Shown in pieces: positions 10,401 to 22,900 of a stretch of 64,000 nt of DNA (position 1 is its first letter; the number at the start of each line of letters is the position of its first letter). This DNA is from Allorhizobium sp. (lineage in GTDB: Bacteria > Pseudomonadota > Alphaproteobacteria > Rhizobiales > Rhizobiaceae): the NCBI GenBank assembly GCA_051861045.1, contig JBHYDI010000007.1, positions 87,722 through 151,721 on the forward strand, written 5' to 3'. The notes under the pieces were generated by a model, which saw nothing but the letters and a program-made list of their open reading frames with translations, was not told the DNA's origin and made no database searches. The translations under genes and the position numbers were made by a program.

Positions 10401-10914
10401 TAAATGCAACGATCAGCGGCAGGTCGATGAAATAAAGATTGCCGGTGCCGATCCCATAGGCCGTCGGGTCCATCACGGCCGCGACCGAACTGGAAACGGC
10501 TTTCAGCTGGAGGGCGATATAGGGAATGATGCCGACCAGATAGATGACGGTCACCAGCATGCCGACGACAGGGTTCTTGCCGTAACGCGCCGCGACGAAG
10601 TCGGCGCCGGAGGTGATCTTCTCGGTCTTGGCGAGCTCCACGATCCGTCTCAGGATCGGCATGCCCAGCGTGTACATGAGGATCGGGCCGATATAGATCG
10701 CCATGAACTCGAGGCCGTGCTGCGCCGCCAGTCCCACGCCGCCGAAATAGGTCCAGGAGGTGCAGTAAACGGCAAGGCTCAGCGCATAGACGACCGGCCG
10801 GCCACCCGCTGGAACGCCATGCACGCGCGTCTTGCGGTCGCCGTAGCTTGCCACGGCGAACAGGAACAAGAGGTAACCGATCGCTGACGCAACGATGATC
10901 CAGCCTGGGAACAC
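7408..10914 (-). CDS. hybrid sensor kinase: Na+/solute symporter (SLC5)-like membrane domain + PAS + HisKA/HATPase + REC (CrbS/CbrA-like)
   Basis: Multi-TM N-terminus (YALSLAVYCTSWTYFG), H-box AGHDILQPL, NLVSNAIKYT, DSGIG, GLGLGLSIV, C-terminal REC (DYHL, KP). GTG start at 10914 after a gaggag RBS. Confidence 0.9.
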   Translation of the reverse strand: MFPGWIIVASAIGYLLFLFAVASYGDRKTRVHGVPAGGRPVVYALSLAVYCTSWTYFGGVGLAAQHGLEFMAIYIGPILMYTLGMPILRRIVELAKTEKITSGADFVAARYGKNPVVGMLVTVIYLVGIIPYIALQLKAVSSSVAAVMDPTAYGIGTGNLYFIDLPLIVAFILACFAVIFGTRHTDATEHQDGLILAIAMESVVKLVAFWTLGVFVIWTMFDGPADLWQKATESEAVMAALSHETPASRWILLIALSAFAIIMLPRQFHVTVVENRTPRELKLAGILMPIYLIAINIFVLPAAIAGILIFGGSGDADLYVLSLPLEAGSGFVSLLTFIGGFSAATAMVIVASVALAIMVSNDMVLPIFLRQKLLERPSQREDFAKTLLHIRRTAIFGVLLLGYVYFRSADNTTGLAKIGLLSFTAIAQIAPAMFGGLIWRRANARGAIAGLTIGFLVWAYLLFLPSLGAEDHSWIASSVLAFLLPGLSMFEPQYADPLVNATIFSLLINTLAFVIGSLSRNPRPVERIQSAIFIKRQPRSNFATRGWKTSVAVGDLKAAIARYLGNERMERSFRSYEQTVGRKLADDSPADMAFIHFSEQLLGSAIGSSSARLVLSLILQKAEDPSADTVWLLDQASEALQYNQDMMQTALAQMEQGIAVFDASDRLTIWNRRFRTLLDLPEHVGQVGFPLLDMITMLAQRGDVPAGETQAVIRSFHQFDRPFQMVLGGGKRIIEVRCNLMPDKGLVATFSDITARVEADQALKQANETLEQRVSERTAELTRVNHALAEARAAADEANIGKTRFFAAAGHDILQPLNAARLYSSSLVERLGDSENSALVENIDSALESVESILGAVLDISRLDTGAMKPRFSSVPLNSLLQRIETDFAPMAREKNLKLVVIPTTLSVRSDPTLLRRLVQNLVSNAIKYTPSGRVVVGARRQGDKVLIQVTDSGIGIPASKFRTVFKEFARLEEGMRTASGLGLGLSIVDRIAKVLQHPVELASKPGKGTTFKVVMPLDIAKPAAKGVIPLDAGSRSTPTLQGFRVLCIDNEPKILEGMQLLISGWGCNVECAGSIAEMDELLRAGDPPDLVIADYHLGDGSGTGAILRLRALTQSDVPALLITADRSAEVRAEAERHSITLQHKPVRPAALRAFITQVSSQRRAAAE

Positions 10915-11118
10915 CTTTTCCTCCTCGACTGCGCCCAAGGCGGAACCTTAGGACAAGTCTGCGGCTTTTGAAATCGTTTCGGATATTGACCTTAGTCGAA
11001 GCGAAACCGTCAGAAATGAAAATTCACCATTTTCGAATGGACAAAGTTTCATTAACCATGGCCAGGGGATCGGCCATCAGGGGCCGCTCCAGTCAGGACC
11101 ATAAAGGAGCAGGGGATA

Positions 11119-11544
11119 ATGCTACAAGAATTCAAGACTTTCATCGCGCGCGGCAACGTCATGGATCTCGCCGTCGGCGTGATCATCGGCGGCGCTTTCG
11201 GCCTGATCGTCAACTCGCTGGTACAGGACATCGTGATGCCGGTCGTCGGCGTCATCTTTGGCGGCTTCGACTTCTCGAACTACTTCCTTGCGCTGAGCAG
11301 CAACGTAACGGCCAATTCGCTGGCTGCGGCCCGCGAGCAGGGCGCAGTCTTCGCCTATGGCAACTTCATCACCGTCGTCATCAACTTCATGATCCTCGCC
11401 TGGATCATCTTCCTGATGGTCAAGGGCGTGAACGCCCTGCGCAAGTCGATGGAGAAGGAAGAAAAGAAGGCCGAGGAAGCCGCACCGCCACCGGCTGACA
11501 TTCAGCTCCTGACCGAGATCCGGGATCTGCTCAAGACCCGCTGA
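11119..11544 (+). CDS. mscL: large-conductance mechanosensitive channel
   Basis: [21 protein letters not shown]-terminus and [10 protein letters not shown]-terminus. Confidence 0.97.
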   Translation: MLQEFKTFIARGNVMDLAVGVIIGGAFGLIVNSLVQDIVMPVVGVIFGGFDFSNYFLALSSNVTANSLAAAREQGAVFAYGNFITVVINFMILAWIIFLMVKGVNALRKSMEKEEKKAEEAAPPPADIQLLTEIRDLLKTR

Positions 11545-11675
11545 AGACATCAGGTGACCCGCTTGCGGGTCGCCGAACCCATCAGCGAGATCGATATCAG
11601 CCTCAAGGAATATCATGGGATTTTTGCCCGGCGATCAGCTAGACATGCCGCACTGATCGAAGGAGTGAAGACCCC

Positions 11676-12845
11676 ATGACCCTGCTGGATAGCCTCAGCC
11701 CCCGCGCACTCGCCGCCCCGGAAAGCGGTATCGTCGAGATTATCAACTATGCGCGGGGTCGCGACGGTCTGCTGCCACTCTGGGCGGGCGAGGGCGATCT
11801 TCCGACACCCGACTTTATAAATCGCGCCGCAAGCGAAGCCTTGCTCGGCGGAGAAACCTTCTACACCTGGCAGCGCGGCATTCCCGAGCTTCGCCAGGCA
11901 CTTTCCCGCTACTATCAGCGCCATTTCGCCGTCGATCTGCCGGTCGAGCATTTCTATGCCACGGCATCGGGCATGCAGGCGATCGCGCTCGCCGTCCAGG
12001 CGCTGACCTCTCCGGGTGACGAGATGATCTATCTGTCGCCCTGCTGGCCGAACATCGTCTCTGCGATCGATCTTGCCGGCGCGAAGTCCGTCTGCGTACC
12101 GCTCTCCTTCACCGATGGTCGCTGGACGCTCGATCTGGAGCGGCTGGAAAAGGCGATCACGCCGAAGACGAAGGCGCTGTTCATCAACACGCCGTCCAAT
12201 CCCACGGGCTGGACGGCAAGCCGCGAAGATCTGAAGGCGATCCTCGAGATCGCCCGCCGTCATGGGATCTGGATCCTCGCCGATGAGATCTACGCGCTCT
12301 ACTACTATGGCGCTGAAGAACGCGCGCCGTCCTTCTTCGACGTGATGGAGGCGGGCGACAAGGTCATGTTCGCCAACTCCTTCTCCAAGAACTGGTCCAT
12401 GACCGGCTGGCGCGTCGGCTGGATCGTCGCTCCCCCGGAACTCGGCCAGACGCTCGAAAACCTCATCCAGTATTCAACCTCCGGCGTCGCCCAGTTCATG
12501 CAGCGGGGGGCCGTCGTGGCCCTCGATCAGGGAGACGACTTCATTCGTGAGAACATCGCCCGAGCGACCGCCTCCCGCGACATTCTCTGCGATGCCCTGA
12601 TCGCCACCAACCGGGTTGAAACCCTGAAACCCGAAGGCGCGCTCTACGCCTTCCTGAAAATCGACGGCATCACCGACAGCCGCCAGGCGGCTCTCGACAT
12701 CGTCGACAAGACAGGGGTCGGCATGGCACCCGGCACGGCCTTCGGCGAGGGCGGACTGCCCTTCCTGCGCGCCTGCTTCCTGCGCAACCCCGCCCAGATC
12801 GCCGATGCCGCAGAGCGTTTGAGCCGATATGTGAAGGCTCTCTAG
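11676..12845 (+). CDS. PLP-dependent class I/II aminotransferase (aspartate aminotransferase-like)
   Basis: INTPSNPTG, DEIY, NSFSKNWSMTGWRVGW (PLP lysine motif). Confidence 0.92.
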   Translation: MTLLDSLSPRALAAPESGIVEIINYARGRDGLLPLWAGEGDLPTPDFINRAASEALLGGETFYTWQRGIPELRQALSRYYQRHFAVDLPVEHFYATASGMQAIALAVQALTSPGDEMIYLSPCWPNIVSAIDLAGAKSVCVPLSFTDGRWTLDLERLEKAITPKTKALFINTPSNPTGWTASREDLKAILEIARRHGIWILADEIYALYYYGAEERAPSFFDVMEAGDKVMFANSFSKNWSMTGWRVGWIVAPPELGQTLENLIQYSTSGVAQFMQRGAVVALDQGDDFIRENIARATASRDILCDALIATNRVETLKPEGALYAFLKIDGITDSRQAALDIVDKTGVGMAPGTAFGEGGLPFLRACFLRNPAQIADAAERLSRYVKAL

Positions 12846-13022
12846 GCAGATATCGGATGGGATGCGGACATTCGCTAAAATTTGAGCGGATGTCCTCACC
12901 CGGACTTAACGACGAATCCTGAAAGTGAAGCTGTTTCAAGAGCTTGAGTGCTGTCCATAAGCACTCTGTAAGGTGTACCTGCTTTTTTATTCCCGATAAC
13001 AAGAACAACGGGAAGAAAAGTC

Positions 13023-14054
13023 ATGGCGATCTTGGTGACGGGTGGCGCCGGCTTCATTGGCAGCCACATGGTCTGGGCTCTCCTCGACGCAGGCGAGGAG
13101 GTCGTCGTCGTCGATCGGCTGTCGACCGGCTTTCGCTGGGCGGTCGCGCCAGCAGCACGATTCTACCTCGGCGATATCGGCAAGCCGAACGTGCTAAAGC
13201 AGGTCTTCGCCGAAAACGACATCGAAGCGATCATTCATTTCGCCGGCTCGATCGTTGTGCCGGAATCGATCTCGGATCCGCTGAACTACTACGAGAACAA
13301 CACCGAGAATACCCGGCGTCTGCTCGCGGCAGCCGTCAAGGCCGGCATCGACAAGGTCATCTTCTCTTCTACGGCGGCAGTCTACGGACTGCCCGACAAG
13401 CCGCTGCCGGTGCGCGAAGATGCGCCGCTCCGGCCGGAATCACCTTATGGTCAATCCAAGCTGATGAGCGAGATGATGCTGCGCGACACGGCGCGCGCCC
13501 ATGGTCTCTGCTACGTCGCTCTGCGCTATTTCAACGTTGCCGGTGCCGATGTGAAGGGACGCGCCGGCAATTCCGCGGCCGGTGCCACGCACCTGCTCAA
13601 GGTGGCCTGCGAGGCAGCTCTGGGCAAGCGATCCGCGATGTCGGTTTATGGCACCGATTATGACACGCCTGACGGTACGGGCGTCCGCGACTACATCCAC
13701 ATCAACGATCTCGTCGACGCGCATCTGCAGGCCTTGACCTATTTGCGCAGAGGCGGCGGTCCGCTGGTTGCCAATTGCGGCTATGGCAAGGGTTACTCGG
13801 TGCTCGATATCGTCGAGGCAGTGCGCCGCGCCACGAATGTCGACTTCAAGGTGGACTATGCGCCCCGCCGCCCGGGAGACGCGCCGCTGGTCGTGGCTGA
13901 TTCCGGCCTTGCCAAGCAGGTTCTCGGCTGGGTTCCGCGCTATGACGACCTTGGCGTCATCGTCGAAACCGCCCTTTCCTGGGAGCGCCGCCTTGCGCAG
14001 GTCGCTGAGCCCGACATCAAGGATCTTCGCCGTCGGCTTGCCAGCGGCTTCTGA
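13023..14054 (+). CDS. galE: UDP-glucose 4-epimerase
   Basis: VTGGAGFIGSH, HFAG, FSSTAAVYG, YGQSK, LRYFNVAG, RDYIH. Confidence 0.95.
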   Translation: MAILVTGGAGFIGSHMVWALLDAGEEVVVVDRLSTGFRWAVAPAARFYLGDIGKPNVLKQVFAENDIEAIIHFAGSIVVPESISDPLNYYENNTENTRRLLAAAVKAGIDKVIFSSTAAVYGLPDKPLPVREDAPLRPESPYGQSKLMSEMMLRDTARAHGLCYVALRYFNVAGADVKGRAGNSAAGATHLLKVACEAALGKRSAMSVYGTDYDTPDGTGVRDYIHINDLVDAHLQALTYLRRGGGPLVANCGYGKGYSVLDIVEAVRRATNVDFKVDYAPRRPGDAPLVVADSGLAKQVLGWVPRYDDLGVIVETALSWERRLAQVAEPDIKDLRRRLASGF

Positions 14055-14080
14055 ATACGCAGTTCGTTGCGCCAGAGAGA

Positions 14081-14113
14081 CACCGCCCCGGCTTGCCGGG
14101 GCGGTGTTGTTTT
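14081..14113 (+). terminator. intrinsic terminator after galE
   Basis: Stem caccgccccgg-cttg-ccggggcggtg followed by ttgtttt. Confidence 0.75.
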
Positions 14114-14200
14114 ATCCATGTGGCTGCAAGGAAAGATTCTGGCGGATCGTACTCGTCCGATCGACGCAAAGCGTCAGCGTCACATTCAGCTCAGAGCAAA

Positions 14201-14235
14201 GAAAAAGCCGGAGATGCGGCTTGCATCTCCGGCTT
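14201..14235 (-). terminator. intrinsic terminator after katG
   Basis: Stem aagccggagatgc-ggctt-gcatctccggctt with a T-run on the minus strand. Confidence 0.75.
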
Positions 14236-14282
14236 CCTCTATCGGTTCCGGTGCTCGGGCACGAGCCTCGGAGCCTTAGCTC

Positions 14283-16700
<2,418 letters not shown>

Positions 16701-16708
16701 TCAGTTCA

Positions 16709-16723
16709 ATAGGATATGGTTAT
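16709..16723. promoter_or_regulatory. candidate OxyR operator half (ATAG-N7-TTAT)
   Basis: ATAGgatatggTTAT matches the ATAG-N7-CTAT repeat with one mismatch, at the oxyR start and divergent from katG. Confidence 0.4.
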
Positions 16724-17630
16724 GATAAACTTCACCCTTCGGCAGCTGCGTTATTTCGAGGCGCTGGCCCGGCACGGGCATTTCGGGCGCGCGGCCGAAG
16801 CCTGCTCGATCTCCCAGCCGGCCTTGTCCGTGCAGATCAAGGAGCTCGAAGAAGCCCTCGGCGCGGAGCTTTTCGAGCGCGCCGCGCGACAGCTACGCCT
16901 CTCGGCCTTCGGGGAGGAATTTCTGCTCAGGGTTCGCGATATCCTGCGGTCAGTGGACGAACTGGGTGATCTCGCCCGCGCCCACCGTCGGCATCTGGTG
17001 GGGCGTCTGCGCATCGGAGTCATTCCGACGGTCGCTCCCTATCTGCTGCCCGGCATGATCTCGGCGCTGACACGTGACAATGCCGATCTCGACATCCATG
17101 TCCGCGAAACCGTAACGCCGAAACTCCTGCAGGAACTGGCGGAAGGCCGCCTGGACACGGCGATCGTCGCCTTGCCGGTCTCCGAGCCATCGCTCACCGA
17201 GATGCCGCTGTTCGAGGAGAACTTCGTCCTTGTCCGCCCAAGGGCCGACGCCGACAAGCCCGTCCCCAGCAGCGACATGCTGCGCGAAATGCGCCTGCTG
17301 CTTCTGGAAGAGGGGCATTGCTTTCGCGAGCAGGCGCTTTCCTTCTGCGACATGGGCTCGGTACGTCCGCGCGAGATTCTGGACGGCAGTTCGCTCTCGA
17401 CGCTTGTCCAGATGGTCGGCGCCGGTATCGGTGTCACGCTGATCCCCGAAATCGCGATGCCGGTCGAAACACGCTCCGCCGATGTCTCCATCGCCCGCTT
17501 CGATGATCCGCAGCCTTCGCGCACAATCGGCATGATCTGGCGCAAGACGAGCCCGATCGCCAAGCAATTGACGGAAGTCTCCGACGTGGTTCGCAAGGCC
17601 GCCGCCGATTTCGGCGTCAGTTTGCCTTGA
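16722..17630 (+). CDS. oxyR: LysR-family hydrogen peroxide sensor OxyR
   Basis: LysR HTH (TLRQLRYF..ISQPALS); redox cysteines EEGHCFREQALSFC; divergent from katG. Confidence 0.95.
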   Translation: MINFTLRQLRYFEALARHGHFGRAAEACSISQPALSVQIKELEEALGAELFERAARQLRLSAFGEEFLLRVRDILRSVDELGDLARAHRRHLVGRLRIGVIPTVAPYLLPGMISALTRDNADLDIHVRETVTPKLLQELAEGRLDTAIVALPVSEPSLTEMPLFEENFVLVRPRADADKPVPSSDMLREMRLLLLEEGHCFREQALSFCDMGSVRPREILDGSSLSTLVQMVGAGIGVTLIPEIAMPVETRSADVSIARFDDPQPSRTIGMIWRKTSPIAKQLTEVSDVVRKAAADFGVSLP

Positions 17631-18579
17631 GCGTTTCCCGCGGATGGCGGCCGAAGAAGGCGGCATAGTCACCCGAAAAGCGCCCCAGGTGAAAGAAGCC
17701 CCAGCGCGTGGCAGCCCGGGTTACGGTCAGGCCGCGAGACCGCGCTCTGAGATCACGGTGAACGCCGTTCAGCCGCGCCATCCGGTACCATCGATCAGGG
17801 GCTTGCCCGAAGGCGGCAAGTGTTGCCGCTGCCACTTCGCTGGGTGCCAAGGACCAGCGTTCGCAGAGCGCGCCGAAGGTCTCGGGGATATCGTCCTCCT
17901 CAAGGAGTGCGCGTTCGAGTTGGCTGACAAGGTCGATCGCAGCAGACCGGCTGATCCTCTGGCTGGGCGATGGTGAGAAAGCGCCGGCGCAGCTTGAAAG
18001 GCGCATCAGGAGAACCTCCTCCAGCGCAGCCGCCGCTGATGCGTCGAGCTTACCGCCAGTCGGCGCCTGGCCGAGGAGGCAAAGTAGCCAGTCGCGCAGA
18101 AATTCATCCTCCGGCCGCAGCCTTCTCGACTGGATGACGGATTCTTTCGTATCGAGAGCGAGCAAAGAGGCCGGCATTTCCACATGCAGGAGTTCGCTGC
18201 CGCTGCCGGGCGCGACGAGCAGATGGGTCAGCCCTTGCCGCATGGCGATGACGGCCTCCGTCTCGCACCGGCCATCGACGCGCCACCCGCCCTCCGATCG
18301 AAGCGGGAAGAACAGTGAAACACGCCCCCCGGGACTGATCGTCTCCTGGCCGATCGGAAGATTGATGCGGTCGCGCGTGATGGTGATCTGTCCGATCGAC
18401 AGCGTTTCCGAGAGCGCCGCATAGCGGCCCCGCCCCAACTGGTTGCTGGCGATCTGCCACCCTCCGACAGCGCCGGCCTGTTCGGTCACGTCGTCGAACG
18501 CCTGGCTTCGATAGGTCCATGCAGCTCCTGCCCAATTATTGAGCGTATCCTCTGGAGGGACCTGGATAGAGTGCCCCAT
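17617..18579 (-). CDS. AraC-family transcriptional regulator
   Basis: C-terminal AraC HTH signature RLNGVHRDL..VTRAATRWGFFHLGRFSGDYAAFFG..P; divergent from the hydrolase; 3' end overlaps oxyR by 14 bp. Confidence 0.85.
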   Translation of the reverse strand: MGHSIQVPPEDTLNNWAGAAWTYRSQAFDDVTEQAGAVGGWQIASNQLGRGRYAALSETLSIGQITITRDRINLPIGQETISPGGRVSLFFPLRSEGGWRVDGRCETEAVIAMRQGLTHLLVAPGSGSELLHVEMPASLLALDTKESVIQSRRLRPEDEFLRDWLLCLLGQAPTGGKLDASAAAALEEVLLMRLSSCAGAFSPSPSQRISRSAAIDLVSQLERALLEEDDIPETFGALCERWSLAPSEVAAATLAAFGQAPDRWYRMARLNGVHRDLRARSRGLTVTRAATRWGFFHLGRFSGDYAAFFGRHPRETLKAN

Positions 18580-18625
18580 GCGCTTCACCTAGTTTGTATG
18601 TCTTGCGAACAAAGGAGGAGTTCTC

Positions 18626-19837
18626 ATGAAATCGAAACTAGCCTGTTCTGTCGGCCTCGCGCTGTCAATCTCGACCGCCGCCATCGCGGCCGAACCGTCG
18701 CGCTGGGAGACGCCGACGATGATCAACGGCCGAGCCGCCATGCTCATGCCGGAACTGAACTACCTGACCTTCCAGCACATGGATCAGCTTTTCGCCACCC
18801 GGCCTGTGGCGGTGGGGGACACCAAAAGAGAATTGCCGCGCGACGAGCGCGACATCGGCAACAGCTTCGTCTTTGAAGGCAAGGAGCAGGGGCTTGAGGC
18901 CTTCCTCGAAAGCACGGCGACGAACGCGCTGCTGGTCATCAAGGACGGAAAGATCGTCAAGGAGATCTACCGCAACACCAGCGGTGAGCAGACCCGCTTC
19001 ATGTCCTTTTCCATGGCAAAGTCCATGCTGGCGACCATGATCGGCATCGCGATATCCGAAGGCAAGATCAAGGGCGTCGACGACAAGGTCGTCGATTACC
19101 TGCCCGACTGGAAGGGCACGGCCTATGCCGATGTCACGATCCTCAATCTCCTGCGCATGCGCTCCGGCATCGACTGGAAGGAGATCTACGAGTTCGGCAG
19201 CGAGACCCAACTCACCAAGGTCCACGACAATTCGCTGGTCGGCTACAAGTACCGCTGGTGCGACTATGCGCGCAACGAGGCAAAGCCGCTGAACGAACAG
19301 GGAAGCACCTTCAACTACTCGACCCTCGATACGTCCGTTCTCGGCTGCGTTCTGGAAGCCGCGACCGGCATGAAGGGCGCGGACTACATGAGCGAGAGGA
19401 TCTGGAAGCCGGCTGGCATGGAAGCGCAGGCCTTCTATGTGCTGGACGGTTCGGACGCAGTTGGTCGCGAATTCTATGGTGCCGGCTTCAATGCCACCCT
19501 TCGCGACTACGGCCGGTTTGGCCTGATGATGCTGGAAAACGGCAAGGTCGGGGAAACGCAGGTCGTCCCGCAAGACTGGGTCGAAGCCTCGACCGTTGCG
19601 CCCGCCGATTCCGCGGTGGTCGATCCTGAGGTGGGCTATGGCTATGGGTACCAGTGGTGGACGATCAGCGGCTCGGACGCCTATTCCGCCGTCGGCCTCT
19701 ACAATCAGTTCACCTATGTCGATCGGTCGAACAACCTGGTGATCGTCAAGCTCGCAGCCCCGGCAAGCCCGCTTGGCTACGAGCGCGAGAACCTGGATTT
19801 CTTCAAGCGCATCTCGGAAACGCTCGCGACGAAATAA
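18626..19837 (+). CDS. secreted serine hydrolase, beta-lactamase class C / penicillin-binding-protein fold
   Basis: Signal peptide; SxxK motif (SFSMAKS), LLRMRSG, FNYS, LRDYGRFG, YGYQWW; aggag RBS. Confidence 0.88.
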   Translation: MKSKLACSVGLALSISTAAIAAEPSRWETPTMINGRAAMLMPELNYLTFQHMDQLFATRPVAVGDTKRELPRDERDIGNSFVFEGKEQGLEAFLESTATNALLVIKDGKIVKEIYRNTSGEQTRFMSFSMAKSMLATMIGIAISEGKIKGVDDKVVDYLPDWKGTAYADVTILNLLRMRSGIDWKEIYEFGSETQLTKVHDNSLVGYKYRWCDYARNEAKPLNEQGSTFNYSTLDTSVLGCVLEAATGMKGADYMSERIWKPAGMEAQAFYVLDGSDAVGREFYGAGFNATLRDYGRFGLMMLENGKVGETQVVPQDWVEASTVAPADSAVVDPEVGYGYGYQWWTISGSDAYSAVGLYNQFTYVDRSNNLVIVKLAAPASPLGYERENLDFFKRISETLATK

Positions 19838-19857
19838 GAGTCCAGCACTCTAATGAT

Positions 19858-19905
19858 GAAAGGGTCGGCTGCTGCCATATGGCTGCAGCCGACCCTTTTC
19901 TTTTC
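19858..19905. terminator. bidirectional intrinsic terminator
   Basis: Stem aaagggtcggctgc..gcagccgaccctttt between the convergent hydrolase and RND genes. Confidence 0.75.
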
Positions 19906-19953
19906 AATCCATGAACTGCGCCGGCTTGCCGGCGCAGCTGATGCAATGTCTTG

Positions 19954-22900
19954 TCAGACCGCCTCTGCCTTCGGCGTCTCGGCGTGTTCGGCAGCTTCCT
20001 CGGCGGGGATCCTGAACCAGGCAACGTACAGTGCCGGCAGGAAGAGGAGCGTCAGCACGGTGCCGACCACGATGCCACCCATCATGGCATAGGCCATGGG
20101 ACCCCAGAAGACCTCACGCGAGATGGGGATCAGGGCCAGCGTCGCCGCCGCTGCCGTCAGCATGATTGGCCGCATGCGATGTTCCGTTGCCTCGACGACG
20201 GCGCGCCAGGGCGGCATGCCCTCGCTTCTCAACTGCTCGATCTGGACAACCAGGATGACCGAGTTTCGGATCAGGATGCCGACCAGCGCCAGAATGCCGA
20301 GGATCGCAACAAAGCCCATCGGCGCATTGCTGAGCAGCAGTGCCGCCACGACACCGATCAGCGCCAGCGGTGCGACGGCGAAGACCAGGAACAGGCGGCT
20401 GAAGCTCTGCAGCTGGATCATCAGGATCGTTGCCATGGCAAACAGCATCAGCGGAGCAACGGCGATGATCGGCCCCTGAGATTCGGCACTGGATTCGACC
20501 GAACCGCCGATTTCGACCGTGTAACCAACGGGCAGCGTCTTGGTGAAAGCCTCGACCTGCGGCTTCAACTCTTCGACGATGGTCGCCGGCTGGGTGGACC
20601 CGATGACGGCCGCCTTGACGGTGATCGTCGGAATGCGGTCACGCCGCGCGATCAAGGGCTGTTCGAGTTCGTAGCGGAACTTGGCGACTGCCGACAACGG
20701 CACAGAATTGCCGCTGGAGCTCGGAAGCTGCAGGTTCTTCAGCGTTTCGATCGAGCCACGTTCGGAATCCTGGGCCCGCCCGATGACGTCGATGAGGTAG
20801 ATGTCATCCTTGACCTTGGTCGCCGACGATCCTTCCACGATCCCGTTGATGCCATTGGCGATATCGCGGGAGGAGATGCCGAGCTGACGGGCCTTGTCCT
20901 GCAGCACGTCGATCTTGACCACGCGTGAGGGCTCGTTCCAGTCGAACGTCATGTTGGTTAGCTCGGGATGGCTGTTGACGATCGCGCCAAACTCACGCGC
21001 GAGGTCACGGACCTTCTGGATATCGGGTCCAGCGACACGATACTGGACCGGCTTGCCGACTGGCGGCCCGATATCGAGCAGCTTCACGAAAGCATCCGTT
21101 CCGGGGAAGGTCTTGGAGAGGTAGTCCTGCAGATCCGCCCGCACGCGATCTCGCGCTTCGAGATCCTTGGTCACAATCACGACCTGTCCCATCCAGGCGG
21201 CCGGAGTCGAGACGTCATAGGACAGGATGAAACGTGGTGCGCCTTCGCCGACATAGCTCGACCAGTGGTCGATATCGGGGTTGCCGACCAGCTTTTCCTT
21301 CTCGAATTGGGAGATCTGGCGATTGGTCTCGGTAATCGTGCTGTTTTGCGGCAGTTCCCAGTCGACGATCAGTTCGGAACGATCCGATGCCGGGAAGAAC
21401 TGCTGCTGCACGAGGCTCATGCCACCGATCGACACCGCGAAGGTCACGACTGTCGCAAGGATCGTCATCCAGCGCCAGCGCATGGCAATTGCCAGAAGCC
21501 ACGCGAAGATGCTGGCGAAGCGGCCCTTCGTTTCGTGGTGAGACTTCATGGTCTTCGGCAGGATCGTCACACCGAGCAGCGGTGTGAAGAGAACGGCAAC
21601 CACCCAGGACACGATCAGCGACACGGCGATGACGACGAACAGCGTGAAGGTGAACTCGCCAGCAGCACTGTTGTTGAGGCCGATCGGGATGAAGCCCGCG
21701 ACCGTGACCAGCGTTCCGGTCAGCATCGGGAAGGCGGTGGAGGTATAGACATGCGTCGCCGCACTCCGAAGCGTATCGCCGGCCTCCAGACGAGAGACCA
21801 TCATCTCGACGGCAATCATGGCGTCGTCGACCAGCAGGCCGAGCGCGATGATCAAGGCCCCGAGCGAGATGCGTTGCAGCGAGATACCTGTGTATTCCAT
21901 GAAGACGAAGGTGATGGCGAGCACCAGCGGAATGGAGATCGCGACCACCAGTCCGGCCCTGACGCCAAGGCTGATGAAGCTGATGGCGAGAACGATGACG
22001 ATCGCCTCGAACAGGGCCGTGGTAAAGCCCGAGACCGCCTCCTCGACCACCGCCGGCTGGTCGGACACGCGCTCGACATTGACACCGATCGGCAGGTCGG
22101 CGACGACCCGGTCGAGCTGTGCATCGAGCTGTTCGCCGAACGTCAGCAGGTTGGCACCGGTTTTCATGCCGATGGCGAGGCCAATCGCGGGCTCGCCCTT
22201 GAAGCGGAACAGCGACGACGGCGGGTCGACATAACCGCGCTTGATCGTTGCGATGTCGGTGAGCGGGAAGAAGCGATCGTTGATCCGGAGATTGATCGCT
22301 TTCAGGCTCTCCTCGGAGGCGAACTGGCCGCTGACGCGCAGCGCAATCCGCTCGGCACCCGCCTCGACCACGCCCGATTGCGTGACGGCGTTCTGAGCCT
22401 GGAGCGTATCGATGATCTGCTGTTGGTCGATCCCGAGCGCCGCGATCTTGCGCGTGGAGAATTCGAGATAGATCACCTCATCCTGTGCCCCGATGACGTC
22501 GATCTTGCCGACATTCGGAACGGTCAGCAGCTTGGCGCGCGCATCTTCGACGAGATCGCGCATCTGGCGTTGGCTGAGGCCATCCGAGGTGAAGGCGTAG
22601 ATGTTGCCGTAGACGTCACCGAAGCTGTCATTGTAGAATGGCCCGAGCACGCCGCTTGGCAGATTGCCCTGGATGTCCGCGATCATGTTGCGGACCCGGA
22701 CCCAGTTCTCCGTAACTTCGCTGGCTTTCGTGGACGACAGGAGTTCGACGAAGATCGTGGTCTGGCCGGCCTTGGTCACACTCTTCGTGTAATCGAGTGC
22801 ATCGAGTTCCTCGAGCTTCTTCTCGATGCGGTCGGTGACCTGCAGGGTCACCTCCTCGGCAGAGGCGCCCGGCCATTGGGCATTGATGATCATCGTCTTG

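Noticed and set aside
11052-11059. TTAACCAT CtrA half-site upstream of mscL / hybrid kinase
   Set aside because: A single 8-mer without a partner half-site is too weak.
12946-12966. GAGTGCT-N7-AGCACTC upstream of galE, reminiscent of CIRCE
   Set aside because: Arms are in the reverse order and the spacer is 7, not 9; it may be another operator but is not CIRCE.
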